Assembly (NCBI GenBank): GCA_965219685.1
Contig: CBDCOH010000002.1
Span: 3,200,001 to 3,264,000, forward strand
Length of the DNA: 64,000 nucleotides
Origin: Candidatus Spongiisociaceae bacterium
GTDB lineage: Bacteria; Actinomycetota; Acidimicrobiia; Spongiisociales; Spongiisociaceae
Direction: 5' to 3'
Of the stretch, positions 48,180 to 58,960 are shown one piece after another. The translations under genes and the position numbers were made by a program. The notes beneath the pieces are model-generated. The model saw nothing but the letters and a program-made list of their open reading frames with translations, was not told the origin of the DNA and searched no databases. Every line of letters begins with the position of its first letter. The stretch's first letter is position 1.

Positions 48180-48217
48180 AGACGCTCAACATCGCAAACG
48201 GGACGTAGGAGGTCGAT

Positions 48218-49633
48218 GTGAGTTCCGGGAAGGGTCGCCGGCTGAGGATCGGGTTGCTGTCGGTGTACTTCGGGCTGTTCGACGCGGCCATGCCTCCCGA
48301 GTTCCGCATGGATCGGACCGCTTTCGCGGAGGCGATGCGGGAGCGTCTGGAACGGTTCGGGTCCGTGGTGTATCCGGGAGTCGTGGACTCGGACGACACG
48401 GGTCGGGAGGCCGGAAGGTTGTTCGCGGAGGCCGACGTGGACGTGATCGTGTTCGCTCCCAGCATGGCGGCGCCTCCCAGCTACGGGTGGGAGGCCATCC
48501 GGGATCTGCCGGACGTTCCGCTGTTGGCCGTGGGCGCCCAGGAACTGGAGGAGGTGCCCGACGACTACGCCACCGAGGAAGCAACCCGGCGTAGCCTTCC
48601 GGTAGGGCTGGTCATGTTCACCAACGTGCTGGTCCGGGAGGGCCGGCGCTTCACCACCTTGATCTCGTCGGTGGGCTCGGATGATCTCGACACCGCCCTC
48701 GCGGAGACGCTGCGGGCGGTGGACGCCGCGGCGATGGTACGCGACACCCGGATGCTGGCAATCGGTGCTCCCATCTCCGGCTACCTGGACGTAGAGGTGA
48801 CTCCGGGAGAGCTGGCACACCTGGGAGTCGAGGTGACCGACGTCGACGCCGACGGGATCGGCCAAGCCTTCGAGGCGGTCGACAGCACCGCGGTGGACAG
48901 CCTCGTGGCGGACCTCCGGGACGAGTTCGATGCGACCGCCGTCGATGAGGTCACGCTCGATCGCTCGGCCCGGCTGGCCATCGCCATGGACCGACTCTGC
49001 GGGCAACACGGCGCCAACGCCGGCGCCGTCAACTGCCACAGCGACGTGCTGCGCTGGAACGACCGGGTCGGGATCACCGCTTGCCTCGGCGTGGCGCTGT
49101 GCACCAGGGACGGCACACCGTTCGCCTGCACGGGAGACATCCCCACCGGCATCGCCCTGGCGATCGGCAAGCGACTCGCCGGTTCAGCGCTCTACTGCGA
49201 GCTGTACCAGATGGACTTTCCCGGTGACTGGATCCTGCTGGCCAACGGCGGCGAGGGAGACCTGAGTATCCGCGCCCCGTCGGCCACGGTGCGGCTGCTC
49301 CCGGAGGACCACTACATGGGCAACCACGGACCCGGCACCGCGGTCGCCTTCGAGCTTCCAAGAGGGCCGGCCACGCTCATCAGCCTGACCCCCGTCAACC
49401 ACACCGGCGGATGGGTACTGGTAGGCGCCGAGGGTCACATCCTCGACTCGAAGCATCACGGTATGGAGGGACCCAACGCCATGTTCCGGTTCGACTCCGG
49501 GAACGTGGCCGGCGCCTACGCCCGATGGTGCGAGGCCGGCGCCACCCACCACGCCGGCGTCCTACCCGGCCACCACGGTGATGTCCTGCATCGAACCGCC
49601 CAGATCCTCGGGATGACCTACGCAGCCGTCTGA
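48218..49633 (+). CDS. L-fucose/L-arabinose isomerase family protein
   Basis: AVNCH, G.PFACTGD, SALYCE, GPATLISL, W...GATHH. Confidence 0.8.
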   Translation: MSSGKGRRLRIGLLSVYFGLFDAAMPPEFRMDRTAFAEAMRERLERFGSVVYPGVVDSDDTGREAGRLFAEADVDVIVFAPSMAAPPSYGWEAIRDLPDVPLLAVGAQELEEVPDDYATEEATRRSLPVGLVMFTNVLVREGRRFTTLISSVGSDDLDTALAETLRAVDAAAMVRDTRMLAIGAPISGYLDVEVTPGELAHLGVEVTDVDADGIGQAFEAVDSTAVDSLVADLRDEFDATAVDEVTLDRSARLAIAMDRLCGQHGANAGAVNCHSDVLRWNDRVGITACLGVALCTRDGTPFACTGDIPTGIALAIGKRLAGSALYCELYQMDFPGDWILLANGGEGDLSIRAPSATVRLLPEDHYMGNHGPGTAVAFELPRGPATLISLTPVNHTGGWVLVGAEGHILDSKHHGMEGPNAMFRFDSGNVAGAYARWCEAGATHHAGVLPGHHGDVLHRTAQILGMTYAAV

Positions 49634-49675
49634 CGGTCCCATCGGCGTTCACGGAGAGTCAACGCACCGACCGGG

Positions 49676-50806
49676 CTACGACAGTCGGGCGTCTCCCGAT
49701 CGCGCGATTCGCCGAACCCAGTCACGGGCGAAGGACTGCGCGAAGTCCACCTCACCTCGCGCATTGGCAACGACCATGCCCCCCTTCCGCAGCCTGTTGC
49801 GGTAGACACGGGCGTAGTCCGCACTCTTGCCAAGCCGCTCCGCTATGTCTGAAAGGCGAGATACTTCGTCATCCTCGGCCATCGCACTCAGAAAGCGTCG
49901 GTCCACGTTCGACAGGTCCCTCCACACCGGCTCCAGGATCAGCTGCTCGGCGCGGCGGCGCGCCACGGAGATACCAACCGCCACGTCCTCGGACCAGATT
50001 CCTTCGGCTGGGCTCCGGGCTTGCCTCCATGAGTGAAAACCGACGAGTTGAACCATGAACGGATAACCGGAGGTGGCCGCTACGGCCTCGGCCAATGCGG
50101 CTGGTTCGATCGAAGAGCCCGATTCCTCGATCGGGCGAGCGATCGCATCATGGGTGGCAGTTGCTGATAGGCGGCCGATCTCGAACCGGGTGCACCGCTG
50201 GAAAAATGTGGTAGCCGTGCCCGACAGGACGGTGTCCTCGATCAGGTTCAATCCGGCGCCCAGGAAAGCAACCGGACGCTGCTCCCGCCGGGTGACGTGC
50301 TGGATGATCGCCCCGAAGGCTCGGACCTCTTCCACGTCACCGTTGTGGAGTTCGTCGAGCGTCACCAGAAGACCTGCATTCTTCGAGCCAAGATGGTCGC
50401 CGAGTTCACTGAGCAACCTGCGCAGCGACCCGGCTCGAACATCTGCGGGTTCGCCCAACTCCACCTTCACCGGACCGAGACCGACCCCGGTGATCGGCCT
50501 CCCTCTTCCTCGTAGGGATTGAAGCAATACCCTTGCGGCATCCTCCAAGCGTTCCAGTATGCCCGTGGTGGACATATCATCGGCAATCACCTCCCACCCG
50601 CGGTCGGCAGCCCGATCCTCCAACGCGTTCAGCAAAACGGTCTTACCCATTCCGCGGGCAGCAGTGATCAATGCGGTGTAGTCGGGATGTCTGGGGCCGA
50701 TCTCGATGGCCTCGTCGAAGTCACCGATGATCCGGTCGCGACCGGCCAGTAAGGGCGGAGAGGCGCCGAAAGTCGGAGAGAATGGGTTCTGCCGCACATC
50801 CGCCAC
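49676..50806 (-). CDS. AAA_16-type ATP-binding protein with C-terminal winged helix
   Basis: NPFSPTFG..PP.LAGR, ARGMGKT, LDELH, SGYPFMVQL, C-terminal YRNRL...G HTH. Confidence 0.87.
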   Translation of the reverse strand: MADVRQNPFSPTFGASPPLLAGRDRIIGDFDEAIEIGPRHPDYTALITAARGMGKTVLLNALEDRAADRGWEVIADDMSTTGILERLEDAARVLLQSLRGRGRPITGVGLGPVKVELGEPADVRAGSLRRLLSELGDHLGSKNAGLLVTLDELHNGDVEEVRAFGAIIQHVTRREQRPVAFLGAGLNLIEDTVLSGTATTFFQRCTRFEIGRLSATATHDAIARPIEESGSSIEPAALAEAVAATSGYPFMVQLVGFHSWRQARSPAEGIWSEDVAVGISVARRRAEQLILEPVWRDLSNVDRRFLSAMAEDDEVSRLSDIAERLGKSADYARVYRNRLRKGGMVVANARGEVDFAQSFARDWVRRIARSGDARLS

Positions 50807-50851
50807 CTGTCACCCCTGACCAGCTTCGCCATGATTCTAGCCGGGCCCCTG

Positions 50852-50905
50852 TTTTCTGAGCTTTTCGCTTTTTCTGAGCTTTTCGCTTTTTCTGAGCTTT
50901 TCGAT
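50852..50905. repeat. Three tandem 18-bp direct repeats TTTTCTGAGCTTTTCG(C/A)T
   Basis: Units at 50852, 50870 and 50888, about 45 bp upstream of the ATPase start. Confidence 0.93.
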
Positions 50906-51001
50906 TCTACAGAGCGGACCGCGAGCCACTTCTCTCTAGCCGCTGCTTGATTCGGACAGATCAGGTAGGCCTGTTCCCCGGTCTCCGCCAGGTAACCGGT
51001 C

Positions 51002-53332
51002 TCAGATCGGGAAGAAGACCGGTACGAGCACGACAACTATGGCGAGGGCGACGACGGTCAGGGGCGTTCCGACCCGGGCGTAGTCGATCGAGCGGTAGCC
51101 CCCGGCGCCCATTACCAGGAGGTTGGCCTTGTGACTGAAGGGGGTCATGAAGGCGGCCGACGCGGCCAGGCTCACACCCATCATGGCCGCGTAGGGGTTC
51201 ATACCGAGTTGAGCAGCCGTCTCCAGAGCTACCGGCGCCAGCAGCACCACTGCGGGAGCGCCGTCGAGGGCCTGGCTGAGAAGGCTGGCCAAGAGCACGA
51301 GCGCCACGAGGATGGCGTAGTTGCCCAGAGGACCGAGCACATGCTTGACCTCCTCCACCAGAAGGAGGGCTGCGCCCGTTCTCTCCATGGCGATTCCCAC
51401 AGGGAGGACCGCTGCCACCAGGAAGATGGTCCGCCACTCGATGGCCCGGTACGCCTCCTCCATGGTGACGGTACGGAAGAGGAGGACGAGGCTGGCGGAG
51501 ATGAAGGCCGCCACGTGGATCGGCTGGATGCCGAACACCACGAGGCCAACCATCAGCAGCAGTGCCCCCAGCGCCAGCGGCGCCTTCCGGTGCCGGCGCG
51601 GCCGCAGGCCCTCCGCCGAAAGGACCACGAAGTCGGGATTCGAACCGAGCAGCCGGATCCGTTCCCAGGGGCCCTGGACCAGAAGGGCGTCCCCGAGCCG
51701 GAACACGAGGTCGGGCAGGCCGGTGTAGATGGAACGCCCGTCCCGCCACACGGCCAGGAGTTGCAAGCCGTAGCGCTTGCGGAACTCCAGGTCGCGCAGT
51801 CTCTTCCCGACTACGGCCGATCGCGGGGCCAGAGCCACCTCCACGATGCCGAAGTCCTCAGACTCGAGCACCGCCTGGTCGATCCGGGAGTCCACTTTGA
51901 TGTCACCGATCCTGACAAGTTCCCTGACCCGGGCCTGGTCGCAAGCGACCAGTAGACCGTCGCCGGCTTCTATCACCTCGTCGGGAGAGGTAGCCAACCG
52001 CGTCACATCACCGCGGACGATGCCGCCGATGGTCACACCCACCAGCTCGCCAAGACGGCTAGCCCCGATCGTCGAGCCGACCAGGGAGGATCCAGGGGGG
52101 ACCCGGATCACCGACATATGACCCTCGAGGGATCTCAAGGCGGCCAGGCCCAGACTCGTGACCCGGAAGTCCGGGTCGGACTGCATCTTGTGCAGCTCGG
52201 CCCGGGCGCCGAGGGCGATTATCCGGTCTCCCGCCTGCAGCATCCGGGACGGTAGACCTTCTCGCAGAGTCTGCTCGCCTCGCTCGATCCCGACGATGAC
52301 GACCTGATAGCGCTCCCGGAATCGTGCATCCCTAGGACTCTTCCCCACCAGCCCCGAGGCCGCAGGAACCTCGGCCTTGATGGCGGTGAATCCCCGCATC
52401 GGGCGGGGGATCTGGCGAGTGGTGGTGGGTCGGAGTTCGACATCGCCGACCCGCATTATGTCCTCGAGATCGGAAAGGCGCCCTTCGACCAGGAGGACGT
52501 CGCCGCCCTTGAGCACGGTCTCGGCGTTCGGAACGAAGTTGCGGGCGCCTTGCCGCAGAACTGAGACCACCTGGATACCGAGCGCCCCCGACAGGTTCGC
52601 TTCCGCCAGCGTGACCGTGTCGAGAGCGGACTCCTTCGGGATCCTGATCGTGAACAGTTGCTCCTCCAGGTGATAGACCTGGGTCAGGTCGGATGTCTCC
52701 GTCTCCCCGGGACCTGCCTGCCGATCGGGCAGGAGCTTCCTTCCCAGCGTGATCATGAATAGGACCCCGGCGGCCAGCAGCAGGGCGCCGATCGGTGTGA
52801 ACTCGAAGAGACCGAACGGCTCGAGGTCCTGCTCGGCGAGGATCGTCGCCGCCACGATGTTGGGTGGCGTCCCGACCATCGTGGTGGTTCCACCGAGGAT
52901 CGACCCGAACGCCAGCGGCATCATCAGGCGGGAGGCCGAGAGTCCCGCTCTACGTGCGATCGCTGCCACGGCGGGCATGAGAACCGCGGTGGCGGCGATG
53001 TTGTTCATGAACGCCGAGAGAACCCCCGACACCAGCATGAGCGTGATGATCAGCGGGATCTCTTTGCTGCCCACCACCGTGTAGACCTTGGACGCCACTA
53101 TGTCGGCCACCCCCGTGTACAGCAGGGCGGCGCTGATGATGAAGATGGCCAGCATGGTGATCACGGCCGGGGAGGCAAATCCGCTGAAGGCTTCCGTAGG
53201 CCCTACATACCCTCCCAGGATCAGCACCGCAAGGCCCAGGAAGGCAGTGAGATCCACGGGCAGCTTGGCGGTGAGGAACAGGTAGGCCATCGCCACCAGG
53301 AGCAGGATCAGGAATGCGATCTGCCAGGTCAT
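51002..53332 (-). CDS. SLC13 family permease with multiple TrkA-C domains
   Basis: SAFMNN, GGTTTMVGTPPN, repeated TrkA-C segments, FMTPFSH.AN. Confidence 0.9.
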   Translation of the reverse strand: MTWQIAFLILLLVAMAYLFLTAKLPVDLTAFLGLAVLILGGYVGPTEAFSGFASPAVITMLAIFIISAALLYTGVADIVASKVYTVVGSKEIPLIITLMLVSGVLSAFMNNIAATAVLMPAVAAIARRAGLSASRLMMPLAFGSILGGTTTMVGTPPNIVAATILAEQDLEPFGLFEFTPIGALLLAAGVLFMITLGRKLLPDRQAGPGETETSDLTQVYHLEEQLFTIRIPKESALDTVTLAEANLSGALGIQVVSVLRQGARNFVPNAETVLKGGDVLLVEGRLSDLEDIMRVGDVELRPTTTRQIPRPMRGFTAIKAEVPAASGLVGKSPRDARFRERYQVVIVGIERGEQTLREGLPSRMLQAGDRIIALGARAELHKMQSDPDFRVTSLGLAALRSLEGHMSVIRVPPGSSLVGSTIGASRLGELVGVTIGGIVRGDVTRLATSPDEVIEAGDGLLVACDQARVRELVRIGDIKVDSRIDQAVLESEDFGIVEVALAPRSAVVGKRLRDLEFRKRYGLQLLAVWRDGRSIYTGLPDLVFRLGDALLVQGPWERIRLLGSNPDFVVLSAEGLRPRRHRKAPLALGALLLMVGLVVFGIQPIHVAAFISASLVLLFRTVTMEEAYRAIEWRTIFLVAAVLPVGIAMERTGAALLLVEEVKHVLGPLGNYAILVALVLLASLLSQALDGAPAVVLLAPVALETAAQLGMNPYAAMMGVSLAASAAFMTPFSHKANLLVMGAGGYRSIDYARVGTPLTVVALAIVVVLVPVFFPI

Positions 53333-53343
53333 TCCAGTGGTTG

Positions 53344-53371
53344 GTTGTCCGCTGTCCGTTGTCCGTTGTCA
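53344..53371. repeat. Heptamer tandem repeat (GYTGTCC)x4
   Basis: GTTGTCC GCTGTCC GTTGTCC GTTGTCA between the two permease genes. Confidence 0.8.
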
Positions 53372-53432
53372 TTCGGCCGCTCCCGTCCTCGCGAGGCGGA
53401 GCGCGGCGCGTACCGTCGACCATCGGCCGGCA

Positions 53433-55199
53433 TCAGAACGACCAGAGACGGGGGATGAAGATCGTCGACAGGATCCAGAAGACGATGCTGAGCGGGACTC
53501 CGGTGCGCAGGAAGTCGGTGTACTTGTACCCTCCGGCGTTGTAGATCATCGTGTTCGTCTGGTAACCCACCGGCGTCGAGAAGCCGGTGGAGGCGGCGAA
53601 CGTGATCGCCATCAGGAAAGGCCGCGGGTCGACACCGATCTGCTCCGCGGTGGAGATTGCTATCGGAGCGAGAAGCACCGCGGCCGCAGCGTTGCTCATC
53701 GTGTCCGTCATCACCGAGGTCATCAAGTAGATGACCGCCAGTACGGCCACCGGTCCCATGTCTCCCACCACTCCGACCGCCCGCTCGGCTATGAACTCGG
53801 CTGCTCCGCTGGTCTGCATGGCTATTCCGAGCGGGAGGATCCCGGCGAGCAGGAAGATCACCTGCCAGTTGATGGCGTGATAGGCCTCGTCCAGCCGTAG
53901 GACCCTGGTCAGCAACATGGCAATGCAGCCGAGAAGGGCGGTGACGAGAATCGGGAAGACGTTGAAGGCCGCTAGCCCCACGACAGCGAGGAGGATCCCG
54001 ATCACCAGCGGGGCGCGGTGCCGCAGTGCGGTTCCCGGTACCTCGTCGAGCACGATGAAGTCGCTGTTGCGCCGCAACGCCCGGATCTCCGCCTCGTGCG
54101 CCTGGACCAGGATCACGTCTCCCAGGCTGAGGGCTACCGAGCTGAGCTGCTCGTGAATCGTCTCGCCCCGACGCTGCATCGCCAGCACGAGGGCCTTGTA
54201 GCGGTTGCGGAAGTCGAGTTCCTTGAGGGTGTGGCCGATGAGTTCCGACCCGGGCGCCACCAGCGCCTGCACGAGGCGCAGGTCCTCGGTCTGGAGCGTC
54301 TCGTCCCGCAGCTTGAAGTCCACGTTGAGTTCGAGGCCCATGGAGTCACGCAGGAGGATCAGTTCGTTGATCTCACCGCGCACCAGGAGAACATGGTCCG
54401 GCTCCAGGACCTGGCGGAGCGGCGCCCATCCGGGATCCCCGATGTGAAGGACACGGAGCACCGTTACGTCGTGTTCCTCACCGAGTCGGCTCTCGAGCAC
54501 GGTCTTGCCGACCAGCGGGGAGTTCCTCCGCACCCTCATCTCGGTGACGTACTCGCCCAGGTTGTAGGTGCTGGCGAGCTCGCTGACCTGGCGGTCGGGC
54601 AGCAGCCAGCGACCCAGCGTCAGGAAGAACACGACACCGGCCACGAAGAGGATCAGGCCCATGCGGCTGAACTCGAACATGCTGAACGCCCCATGCCCGG
54701 CCTCCTCGGAGATGGAACTGACCAGCAAGTTGGTGGAGGTCCCGATCAAGGTGCAGACGCCGCCGAACTGCGACGCGTAGGAGAGCGGGATGAGCAGCTT
54801 GGAAGCCGAGACCCTGCGGCGGTTGGCGAGGATCGTGACCAGGGGGATGAATACAGCCACCGCCGCCGTGTTGTTGACGAACGCCGACATGACCGTGATA
54901 GTGCCCATCACCATCACCAGCGCGGTGTAATGGTCCTTGCTGTAACGCACCATCACCCTGCCGACCGCAGCCGTAGCCCCGGTCTTCTGCAGACCCGCGC
55001 TGAGGATGAACATGGCCGCCACGGTGAGGGTCGCCGGATTGCTGAAACCGGAGAACCCCTCCACCGGCGTGACCAGTTTCAGCGCCAGCAGACAACCCAA
55101 CCCGATCAACGCCACCATGTCGAGCGGATACTTCTCCGAGACGAAGAGGGCGATGGTCCCTATGAGGATCGCGAGCACCATGATTGCTTGTAGGGTCAT
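53433..55199 (-). CDS. SLC13 family permease with TrkA-C domains
   Basis: SAFVNNT, GGVCTLIGTSTN, FSTPVGYQTN; ATG at 55199 after GGGAGG. Confidence 0.92.
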   Translation of the reverse strand: MTLQAIMVLAILIGTIALFVSEKYPLDMVALIGLGCLLALKLVTPVEGFSGFSNPATLTVAAMFILSAGLQKTGATAAVGRVMVRYSKDHYTALVMVMGTITVMSAFVNNTAAVAVFIPLVTILANRRRVSASKLLIPLSYASQFGGVCTLIGTSTNLLVSSISEEAGHGAFSMFEFSRMGLILFVAGVVFFLTLGRWLLPDRQVSELASTYNLGEYVTEMRVRRNSPLVGKTVLESRLGEEHDVTVLRVLHIGDPGWAPLRQVLEPDHVLLVRGEINELILLRDSMGLELNVDFKLRDETLQTEDLRLVQALVAPGSELIGHTLKELDFRNRYKALVLAMQRRGETIHEQLSSVALSLGDVILVQAHEAEIRALRRNSDFIVLDEVPGTALRHRAPLVIGILLAVVGLAAFNVFPILVTALLGCIAMLLTRVLRLDEAYHAINWQVIFLLAGILPLGIAMQTSGAAEFIAERAVGVVGDMGPVAVLAVIYLMTSVMTDTMSNAAAAVLLAPIAISTAEQIGVDPRPFLMAITFAASTGFSTPVGYQTNTMIYNAGGYKYTDFLRTGVPLSIVFWILSTIFIPRLWSF

Positions 55200-55606
55200 G
55201 GCCGAGCGCCTCCCATCAAGGTCGCATCCGTCTCGGTCCGGTGAGAGAACGATACCGACTCGGACGGAGGCCGGGTGCGTAATCGCCACTGCCGAAAGCC
55301 TGACGCGCTCGACCACCCGGTGATCCATCCCGCAATGCAGGGCAGCCGCTGGCAGACTAAGCCGGTCCTGAAGGATCGGTCGCGAGACACGGACTTGACG
55401 AAAACCAAGGCCACGGAGCCCGAGCAAGCTCGAAACATAGGAGCATCATGATTCCCGCAACGACACTCAGCCATCTCCATCCGACGTCTTCGGGCAGGGT
55501 TTACGCATGATGCAAGAACTGGCCTCAGCGGTCCTCCATCCGAGCAGTCGACGCTCGGCACCCGTGGAGTGCATATGCGACCGGAAGTCGGATCCTGCCC
55601 GCAACG

Positions 55607-56776
55607 GTGGCTGCGGCTGACACCGGACACGTCGTGATCACCGCGGACGTCATCATCATCGGAGGGGGAATCGCGGGTGCATCTGCGGCCTTTTTCACAT
55701 CTGAGACCGCATCAACCATCGTCCTGGAGCGAGAGCCGCTGCTCGCGTACCACTCCACCGGCCGGTCGGTTGCTCTGTTCGTCGAGAACTACGGAGGTCC
55801 GGTCAACGAACGTCTCGCCGTCGCTTCCAGGCCTTTCTTCGAATCAGGAGCAGCCGGCTACGCGGACTACGACCTCCTCCACCGATTGGGCTACCTGAAC
55901 ATCGGCGGGCCCGAGACGGAAGCCAAGCTGCGAGAGGCGGCGGACTCCTCGGTGAGCCTGATACCCGACATCGAGGTCTTGTCGGGGGACGAAGTCCGGA
56001 AGATCGTTCCGGCCATCCGCGAGGACATGATCACGACCGGCGTCTGGAATCCGAACGCGTCCTCCATCGATGTGATGCATCTTCACGAGGCTTTCCTGCG
56101 GGGCGCGAGGGCAAACGGGGCTGTCGTGGAGTTGAATGCCCCGGTAGGGAATATCAGCCGCACCAAGACCGGCTGGGTGATCGACGTGAGCGGCCACGCG
56201 TACACGGCACCTATCATTATCAATGCTGCAGGGGCGTGGGGCGATCAGCTAGCCACTCTGGCTGGTGTGGAACCGATCGGACTCAGTCCCATGAGACGAA
56301 CGGTTTTCACCGTACCGACCACGCATGACACGTCGGGCTGGCCCTTCGTCAGCCACGAGGAGCTTCCCTACCCGTTCTACTTCAAGCCGGAGGCCGGCAA
56401 CCAGCTTCTGTGCTCACCCGGCGACGAAACGCCTGACGATCCTACCGACGCCAAGCCGGTTGACTTGGACATAGCAAGGGCTATCCACTCGATCAACCGA
56501 GTCACCACCCTGGAGGTACGGTCCGTCAACTCATCCTGGGCCGGTCTGCGAACCTTCGCTCCCGATCGGAGCCCTGTTCTCGGCTGGGATACGCGCGTGG
56601 AAGGATTCTGCTGGATGGTGGGCCAGGGCGGAACCGGCATCAACACCTCCCCCGCGGCGGGGCTGGCAGTCGCCTCGATAGTGACCGGCTCCCCGTGGCC
56701 TGATCCACTCGACGAGGTCGGGCTGGAAGCGAACAGTCTTGCGCCTTGCGAGGAGGGGTGGCCGAGAAACCGGTAG
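55607..56776 (+). CDS. FAD-dependent oxidoreductase (DAO family, D-arginine dehydrogenase-like)
   Basis: IIGGGIAG, YHSTGRS, INAAGAW, WAGLRTFAPDR, GQGG.GI; start may be 55634. Confidence 0.88.
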   Translation: MAAADTGHVVITADVIIIGGGIAGASAAFFTSETASTIVLEREPLLAYHSTGRSVALFVENYGGPVNERLAVASRPFFESGAAGYADYDLLHRLGYLNIGGPETEAKLREAADSSVSLIPDIEVLSGDEVRKIVPAIREDMITTGVWNPNASSIDVMHLHEAFLRGARANGAVVELNAPVGNISRTKTGWVIDVSGHAYTAPIIINAAGAWGDQLATLAGVEPIGLSPMRRTVFTVPTTHDTSGWPFVSHEELPYPFYFKPEAGNQLLCSPGDETPDDPTDAKPVDLDIARAIHSINRVTTLEVRSVNSSWAGLRTFAPDRSPVLGWDTRVEGFCWMVGQGGTGINTSPAAGLAVASIVTGSPWPDPLDEVGLEANSLAPCEEGWPRNR

Positions 56777-57087
56777 GTAGCAACCGCCTGTCTTCATTGA
56801 CAAGGGATCATGTCATCGGTCAGCGGCCTTGAGAGGCGTCGCGTGCGACCCTCGGAGCCGACTCATCGCGTCGGAAACTCACCGGATCGTCTGATGGCCC
56901 GCCGAGCAGTTCGCCTTGCGGGCCGGGTTCCGTACTCGACGGGGAATCTCGTGTCGATCCGGACTCGGTCTGCAAGGGGGCCGGGAACCGACGGGAAGGA
57001 AGCTGGGCTCCCGGCTTTCACGGCTTCGGGAGACCGGTAACGGCATGGGCGCCCGGCGCGCCAGGGGCCTGGTAGGTTTCGCTCGAC

Positions 57088-58959
57088 GTGCGACCGGATC
57101 AGCTTCACGCGCTTGCCACCGCCTCGGACCCCCGCGTGAGCCCCGACGGGAGAACCGTCGCCTTTGTGGTGACAACACCGGATCTAGAACAAGATCGCTA
57201 CGACTGCAGGATCTGGCTCGCAGACCCCACGGTTCGTCCTCTTACCCGGGGGCCTGGTGACACGAACCCGCGCTGGTCTCCCGATGGAAAGCAACTCGCG
57301 TACCTCCGTTCGATGGGCGGCAACCCGGCCCAGGTGACCGTCATGCCGGCAAACGGTGGTAACGCGGTCACGGTATCGGACTTCAGGTACGGAGCCGAGG
57401 CGGTCGAGTGGTCGCCGGACGGCACCCGGCTGGCTGCGGTCGGGATCACACCGATCGCGCCGCTGGAGGACATCGACGAAGAGGAGATCCAACGCCGCCC
57501 GCGACGCTTCAACAGGCATCCGTACCGGTTCGACGGGATGGGCTGGATACATGATCGTCGGCGCCACATCTGGCTCCTCGATCCCGCAGGCATCCAGGAG
57601 CCTCGCTGCCTGACACCGGGAGACTTCGACGAGTCCTCGCCCATGTGGTCGCCCGACGGTTCCACCATCGCCCTCGTCACCGACCGGGAGGCCCAACCCG
57701 GCCTGGTACCCGGAAACGACGTCTTCGAAGCCGACACGGAGACCGGCGAACTGACCCGAGCCGCGCCGCGCGGATTCTGGCAGCACGCTTCCTACCGCCC
57801 CGACGGCGTCCTGCACCTCGTGGGCAACGAGGAGGCCGACTTCACCCTCTGCTCGTACCTCTACCGCCGAGAGGGCGACGGTCGCCTGACCGATCTCACC
57901 GGCCACACGGAACGAAGCTCGATCGGGCTCGGAGTCGGCCCCTACCGGATCGAATGGGACGGGGAAACCGCCCTGGTCGGCTACGAGGACTCGGGGACCA
58001 TCGGGGTGGTCTCGGTCACACCGGGAGGTGACGTCTCCCGCGTGGTTGGTGGCGAGCAGGTGGTCACCGGTTTCGCTCCGACCCCGGCCGGGTTGGCCTA
58101 CACGGCTTCCCGATGGGATCGCCCCGGTGAACTCTTTCTCGGCGACCGGCAGCTCACCGGACTATCCGGCGGCGAAGTCTCGTGGGTAAGACCAACCCAT
58201 TTCAGAGCAGCCGCCACCGGCGGTGAGATCGACACATGGGTATACCTGCCGGACGGCAACGAACCGGTCCCCTTGCTGCTCTGCATACATGGAGGCCCGC
58301 CGACCCAGTACGGATTCGACCTATTCGATGAGTTCCAGGTTTATGCATCAGCCGGCTACGGCGTCGTGGCTTGCAACCCCCGTGGATCCTCAGGCCGAGG
58401 CGAGGAATGGATCCGGGCGGTGAAGGGCGACGGGTGGGGGGTTGTCGATCTCGAGGACATCCGCGCCGCGGTCGCCGCCGCCCTCGAACGGTTCCCCCGC
58501 CTCGACCGGGAGCGTATGGGGGTGATGGGGTCCTCCTACGGGGGCATGATGACCGCTTGGATCATCGGTCACGAAGACCGCTGGCGCTCGGCCGTGGTCG
58601 AGAGCGCCATAACCGAATGGACCAGTTTCGTCAGCACCTCCGACCTCGGCGGGCTCTACGCCAGGCACTACCTGCAGGTCGACTATCCGGACGGCTGGGA
58701 GACCTGGTGGCGCCATTCGCCGGTACGAGTCGCCGACAGGGTCAGCACGCCGACCCTCGTCCTCCACTCGGACGAGGACTGGCGTGTCCCGATCGAGCAG
58801 GGCGAGCAGTTCTTCATGGCGCTGCTCCGCAACGGAACGCCGACCGAGATGGTGCGGTTCTCCGGAGAGAGCCACGGGTTGAGCCGGATCGGAACGCCGA
58901 AGCATCGCAGGGACCGTTTCGAAGCCATCCTCGACTGGCACTCCCGGTACCTGATGTAA
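57088..58959 (+). CDS. S9 family peptidase (acylaminoacyl peptidase-like)
   Basis: WSPDG repeats, IHGGP, NPRGS, GSSYGG, DWRVP, ESHGLSR. Confidence 0.92.
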   Translation: MRPDQLHALATASDPRVSPDGRTVAFVVTTPDLEQDRYDCRIWLADPTVRPLTRGPGDTNPRWSPDGKQLAYLRSMGGNPAQVTVMPANGGNAVTVSDFRYGAEAVEWSPDGTRLAAVGITPIAPLEDIDEEEIQRRPRRFNRHPYRFDGMGWIHDRRRHIWLLDPAGIQEPRCLTPGDFDESSPMWSPDGSTIALVTDREAQPGLVPGNDVFEADTETGELTRAAPRGFWQHASYRPDGVLHLVGNEEADFTLCSYLYRREGDGRLTDLTGHTERSSIGLGVGPYRIEWDGETALVGYEDSGTIGVVSVTPGGDVSRVVGGEQVVTGFAPTPAGLAYTASRWDRPGELFLGDRQLTGLSGGEVSWVRPTHFRAAATGGEIDTWVYLPDGNEPVPLLLCIHGGPPTQYGFDLFDEFQVYASAGYGVVACNPRGSSGRGEEWIRAVKGDGWGVVDLEDIRAAVAAALERFPRLDRERMGVMGSSYGGMMTAWIIGHEDRWRSAVVESAITEWTSFVSTSDLGGLYARHYLQVDYPDGWETWWRHSPVRVADRVSTPTLVLHSDEDWRVPIEQGEQFFMALLRNGTPTEMVRFSGESHGLSRIGTPKHRRDRFEAILDWHSRYLM

Positions 58960-58960
58960 C

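Noticed and set aside
55200-55606. Fourth copy of the dispersed element on the - strand (GCGGGAATCATG and GGTTTTCG look-alikes)
   Set aside because: Spacing differs and the TGTCACAG block is missing; too weak to call without an alignment.
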